Assembly: GCA_965235115.1 (NCBI GenBank)
Contig: OZ249436.1
Span: forward strand, 30,070,001-30,134,000
Length of the DNA: 64,000 bases
Reading direction: 5' to 3'
Origin: Laetmonice hystrix
Lineage: Eukaryota
The translations under genes were made by a program, and so were the position numbers. Shown in pieces: positions 59,246-64,000 of this stretch (its first letter is position 1; the number at the start of each line of letters is the position of its first letter). A model generated the notes under the pieces. The model did not search any database, had not been told where the DNA came from, and saw nothing but the letters and a program-made list of their open reading frames with translations.

Positions 59246-62200
59246 GACATGCCTCGGAATAGAAGGTAGGACGAGTGATTGCGTTCGTCTTCACCCTTTT
59301 GTAGAGTAAGATTTTCTGATCACTTTCGTGGAACAACTACCGGTAGAAGATAGTGAAATTAAATCTGGTGGAATGGTTGTGAACCGAAAGAACAGGTATA
59401 CGTACGGTGGTAAGTGGAATACACGGAATGCTTTTCCCTGACTTCTGAAGAAAATTGATTGATTTAGATTTAGATTCAGAACATAGATTTAATCATCTGG
59501 ACGAGAACGAGTTATGATTGGCTGTCAAATGAACGTTACGGTATGTAGCTACCAGTTTTATCAAATGAAATAAAACCATGTACATGTACCACTCCAACAT
59601 CTATTACTTTGCACTCTAGAGGATTCATAATTATAGTAAAGGAATACATGATTAGAGAAAGGTATGTATCAGATTTGATCAGTTAACTGTAAATTCCCTA
59701 CATGCGTGATAACAATGATGGAACGTAGATTAATCTGGCAAATTATTTATCTGTCCTGTCCTAGTGTACCTGCCAGACACCATTGGTCTAAAAATCCTGG
59801 TACTTTTCATTTATAGACCTAGAATAAGACAGTTCAGGTTGGGTGAGAGGGAATCTCTTAAACTGTTGGGTTCCGTCAGACAGTGCTCCATGGATCCCTC
59901 CCGTCATACCACAGTGTCGGTTGTGTTTTATTAGTAACAACAGGACAGACCCATCCCGACTATCGGGGATTATTGTTTGGGCGACACCGGCTCCCCGAGG
60001 GACATGCCGCAGCTGCCAGTGGCGGTAGATTGATGGATCTGACTTGTAAATCTCATTTTGACACCCAGCTATCTGGGAAGATTACAATAACCGCTCCAAA
60101 AACGGAGATGGATCACCCAAGATGTGTTTTCTCAGACTGGGAGGTATTGGCCCTGGAAGTGCATTTGTCTTGAGATCTGAGCAGTGCCGACGTTGAACTA
60201 GGAAACGAATAGATGCGTATGAATTTTTGCGATGATTTATAGGTTGTGGGGTTGGAGGAATGGGCGGGAAATGCCACAGGTTGTGTGCAACAAACCAGGT
60301 GATCTAGACTCCAGTACCAGAGTGAACCTACCATAAGTCCAGGCACCGTTACAGGAATGTTAATACAGTTAGACGGAGTACCAGCTCCTTTGGGGCGTCT
60401 TTTTCTCCAACATTTCTCCAAGACATGTCGAATGATAAAAGAAATAGGGGCGGGGAGTATACGGTAGAGAATTCTGCTAGCATCAGTCTTGAGCATACCC
60501 GAACCTACGATGTATGCATGCTGAGTACATGCTGGGGTTATAGCTCTGCAGATCCGACAGAAGATGGAGTATCCAAGTGGCCTTGGAACGCATTCAGAAT
60601 GCAACAATTAGAAAGGGAATTCTGTCTGACTCGTTCTTACCGAAGAGCAACATACTGTACCTGTAACGACTTGGTTAAAAATCACACTGATAAAAGTATA
60701 CTTTGCATCATGAGCCATAGTATAATTTTGAACTAATTTTGACGAATGACTATGATGTGAAAACTGAACAACCTTCTTACTAAAGCAAATCTGTAAGAGG
60801 ATGGTTAGCAAGTTTGAAGATGGTGACCACAGATGACTTCTTAGATGCAGCCAGACAGTTGCTCGGCTCACGCCGGTGATGAAGAAAATATGACCAAGTC
60901 GGTGTACGAGGTTATGGGACCTCTATGGAAGCCGTGTATTTATGTGATGTTTGTATAGGGCATCATTGGAGTGGAGCTATTCAGCTCACAACTGAAGACT
61001 TTCTGGGCGCCAGAAGGACTGGGTTGTTTGGTGTCGGCAGGACAAAGAATTCTGTGGCTTTATTGATAATAATTGTAACCCATCATAAGCTATGAATATG
61101 TCACTGCTGTGCTAACAACTAAAACATTTCCCGCGTCCTGTTATCTTCTTAGACAGCGTCGATGTATTCTGTGCTGTTTATGTGATAAGATATTCTGTAA
61201 GAGCGAAGTGGAAAAACGGTGATCACCTCACGGCATGGCGAGATAATACCACTGTATTGGCGAGCATACGCCTGATTTGCTTTCTTCCAAAAACCAATTT
61301 GTATCATTTGATAGGAAGTCGTGGTATATGAGACGCTAGTGTGGATAAAAAAAAAATTCCCGTTCTGGTTAGGACTTCCATCAAACGAATGAACATGCCG
61401 TGAGTGCGCGCTCTGAGAATTGAGCTAATTTCGGAGTTGTCACTTTACATGTGATTTAAATAAATCAAGCCGAGTCGACTTAAAACACTCGTAAAGATCG
61501 CTGATCTGTTCTCAATTGTGAAATACGGATGGCTTTTTCTGTACCACGGTTCACTTTGTCGTGTAAGTGAATAGAAAATGATGGCTTAGAATATAGGTGA
61601 TCAGGAACTTGGGGTGAACTTGAACAGTATGGCATCGCATGCCTCATGCTCTGCTCCCTTCATTTACGCCGGAACTGGGGGGAGGGGGAAGCAAGCCCCC
61701 CCCCCCCTGTTGGTCTAAGTGGCTTAGCAACTGTGAACGTCTATCAGCCCCCAATCGCATCTGGGGTTTGCGCCCCCCACCCCCACGCATGCACTGCACT
61801 CCGGAATATCTTCCGGCGCCTGTGCTCTATCTCTCTGACTGTGTCGATCTGATTATGTCTAGAGCTCTGATTATGTCTCTTTGACTGTGTCTGTCTCTCT
61901 GACACTGTCTCGTTATTCGTTATTTCTCTCTCCCTCTGTCTCTGCTGATAATAGTAACTGTCGACAATATAAATGAGAATACATTTGATGAGAACTGTGG
62001 TCACGCTGTCTGGGACTGTTGATGAAGGCCCGTGTAGCTCAGGTTTGGTATATCCGCTTGCTTTGTACGCCAAGTTGACTTTGGTCCAGGGTTAACAAGA
62101 TGATTCGAGGCAAAATCGGGCCCCTACGCGTTTAACCCCGTTTTTGCAAAGTCGGCCGACCCGTATGGTATCTGTAAAATTTAACGTACCTATAAATCCC

Positions 62201-62928
62201 AAAACCGAGAGTATACCAAGTGACTAAAGCATTCAAGAGAAATACCTGATGAATATATTAGGGAAATCAGCTAGTTGCAAGTCGGTTGGCCAGTTTTGGG
62301 ATGATTCGAAATACTATTCTAGGTACTTCCGTTCCGAGTGCCTCAGCAAAATCGAGCAGCCACGATTCGAGCTCGGCAATGTTCAGCTGTCCCGGTCGGG
62401 GATTTCTAGGTCAGGTCAGAGGTCACTCAAACGGCAGTACCCAATGTGTGGCAGAGATTGAATGAAGGGAACGATCTCTGTCCGGAGAGTGTTTCCCGAA
62501 AGCAAAGTAAACCGGAAATAGCTCAGTCGTTCCGGTTGCCTTGATCGGCAGATGTTTGCCCAAATAGGCCTATCACAGAGGAGATGAGAATTATTACATG
62601 TACAACTCAACTGAGACCTGTTATTTCGGAGAGTTCGACAAGAACAAATACACCCAGTTATGAAGCTAACCTCCCGGAGATATGAGACCACAGAAATGTG
62701 AGACTGCGACACCGGTTTTGAGCACTGGCCGAGGGAAGGTAGATTCCAACTGTGACAATGTGAGTGCAAGTCTCGTGTCCTTGACATGTAAATGAGCAGA
62801 AATAGCCTCAAATCGCGTCACTTTGGTCCCTAAACGATTGTTACGTCATAATTTCTCCATTGGTTTAACATAGGATGAGAAAATACACTTTCAAACATTG
62901 ACCAAATTTTTGTCAATTTTGGCATCTA

Positions 62929-63750
62929 AAGCCCGCTGCAGACGACGAACAATTGTTCGCGAACATTTTTTTCACGAACAAAAATCCGCTCGTGTGCGGT
63001 GATCAAAACGCCGAACAAAACAATTGTTCATCGGTATTCAACATGTTTAATATTTCCGAACAAATGTTCGTCTTCTGTGGTAAACCACAAATTTTTGTTA
63101 AGGCCGCTGCAGATGACGAACATTTATGCGCGAACATTTGTTCCTGAACAAAAATCCGCTTGGACAATTATTGTTCACGCACGATTGTTCGTCGGTATTC
63201 GACATGGACGTTTGACAGAAATTCGTGGTTTACTGCAGACGAGGAACATTTGTTCGGAAATATTAACATGTCTAATACCGAGGAACATTCGTTCGGCGTT
63301 TTCATCAGCCCACACGAGCGGATTTTTGTTCGGGAACAAAATGTTCACGCAAAAATGTTCGTCGTCTGCGGCGGGCTTAAAGCATCTGCATGTCGAATAC
63401 CTAGGAACAATTGTTCGCGAACATTAATTGTCTGAGCAGATTTTTGTTCGTGAACAAATGTTCATCGTCTGTGGCAGCCTTTAAGGCCGCCGCACACGAC
63501 GAACATATTCGCGAACATTTGTTCACGAACAAAAATCCGCTCAGACAATTATTGTTCGCGAACAATTTTATTGTTCGTCGGTATTCGACATGCAGATTCG
63601 TGGTTTACCGCAGACGACGAACATTAATTTTGTTCGGAAATGTTGAATACCGACGAACAATTGTTCGTTCGGCGTTTTGATCACCGCACACGATCGGATT
63701 TTTGTTCGGGAACAAATGTTCGCGCACAAATGTTCGTCGTGTGCGGCGGC
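62929..63750. mobile_element. Cluster of three MITE copies (one nested, one adjacent)
   Basis: Copy A 62929-63479 interrupted by inverted copy B 63102-63376 flanked by TTAA; copy C 63485-63750. Confidence 0.8.
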
Positions 63751-64000
63751 TTTTAGTAAGACATTTTTCGTCCGGCAGTTGCAACGAAAAATGTCCCAAT
63801 GATATCTACAGGCTTGTAAAGACACCATGGTCGAGGGGTTCGTACAGAAACGCTATGGATTTATAATTTAAATGAAAGCGTCCTGAAATACTAATATTTT
63901 AGAAGTTGAGAATTGCCCGCTCATATGGAATTCGTAATGCTAAAGTGACGATATTACGACGACGTTAGGACCAAACCCGGCTGTTCTCGTGTTTTCTCAT

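Noticed and set aside
59035-59336. MPLGLFGD / SPNSPRG / ACPQTAPE repeat proteins
   Set aside because: All frames of a 24-bp minisatellite stay open by periodicity
60113-60736. 164-aa and 103-aa ORFs in a GC-richer patch
   Set aside because: No domain signature or convincing splice boundaries; could be conserved non-coding sequence but cannot be shown here

Overview
Eukaryotic (marine invertebrate-like, probably lophotrochozoan; organism is inference) genomic DNA with GT-AG introns and many short transposon relics; no bacterial, CRISPR or rRNA/tRNA genes seen. (1) Minus strand 16678->3028: a complete 15-exon periostin/TGFBI-like secreted fasciclin gene (signal peptide, Cys-rich EMI-like region, four FAS1 domains, ~819 aa). 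Its extreme C-terminus reads RK-LDWNDLRNYWG-stop, a W(X6)W-amide (MIP/allatostatin-B-like) signature, and two of its splice acceptors have been tandemly amplified. (2) Plus strand 21638->33176, head-to-head with gene 1: a 15-exon, ~1635-aa protein with the architecture Macro - NACHT-like STAND NTPase - Roc GTPase - COR - Death domain and no LRRs, a candidate novel innate-immunity/cell-death signalling hub. (3) From ~38 kb: a probable first exon of a third plus-strand gene, followed by >25 kb of apparent intron holding two YAG|GTAAG recursive-splice-type sites, a TATA/Inr candidate, a 4.7-kb Helentron/HINE-like element with a 258-bp internal tandem array interrupted by a MITE, and nested MITEs. 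Exon boundaries were hand-derived from splice consensus plus phase continuity and need RNA-seq confirmation. There is a 176-bp N gap at 17878-18053.
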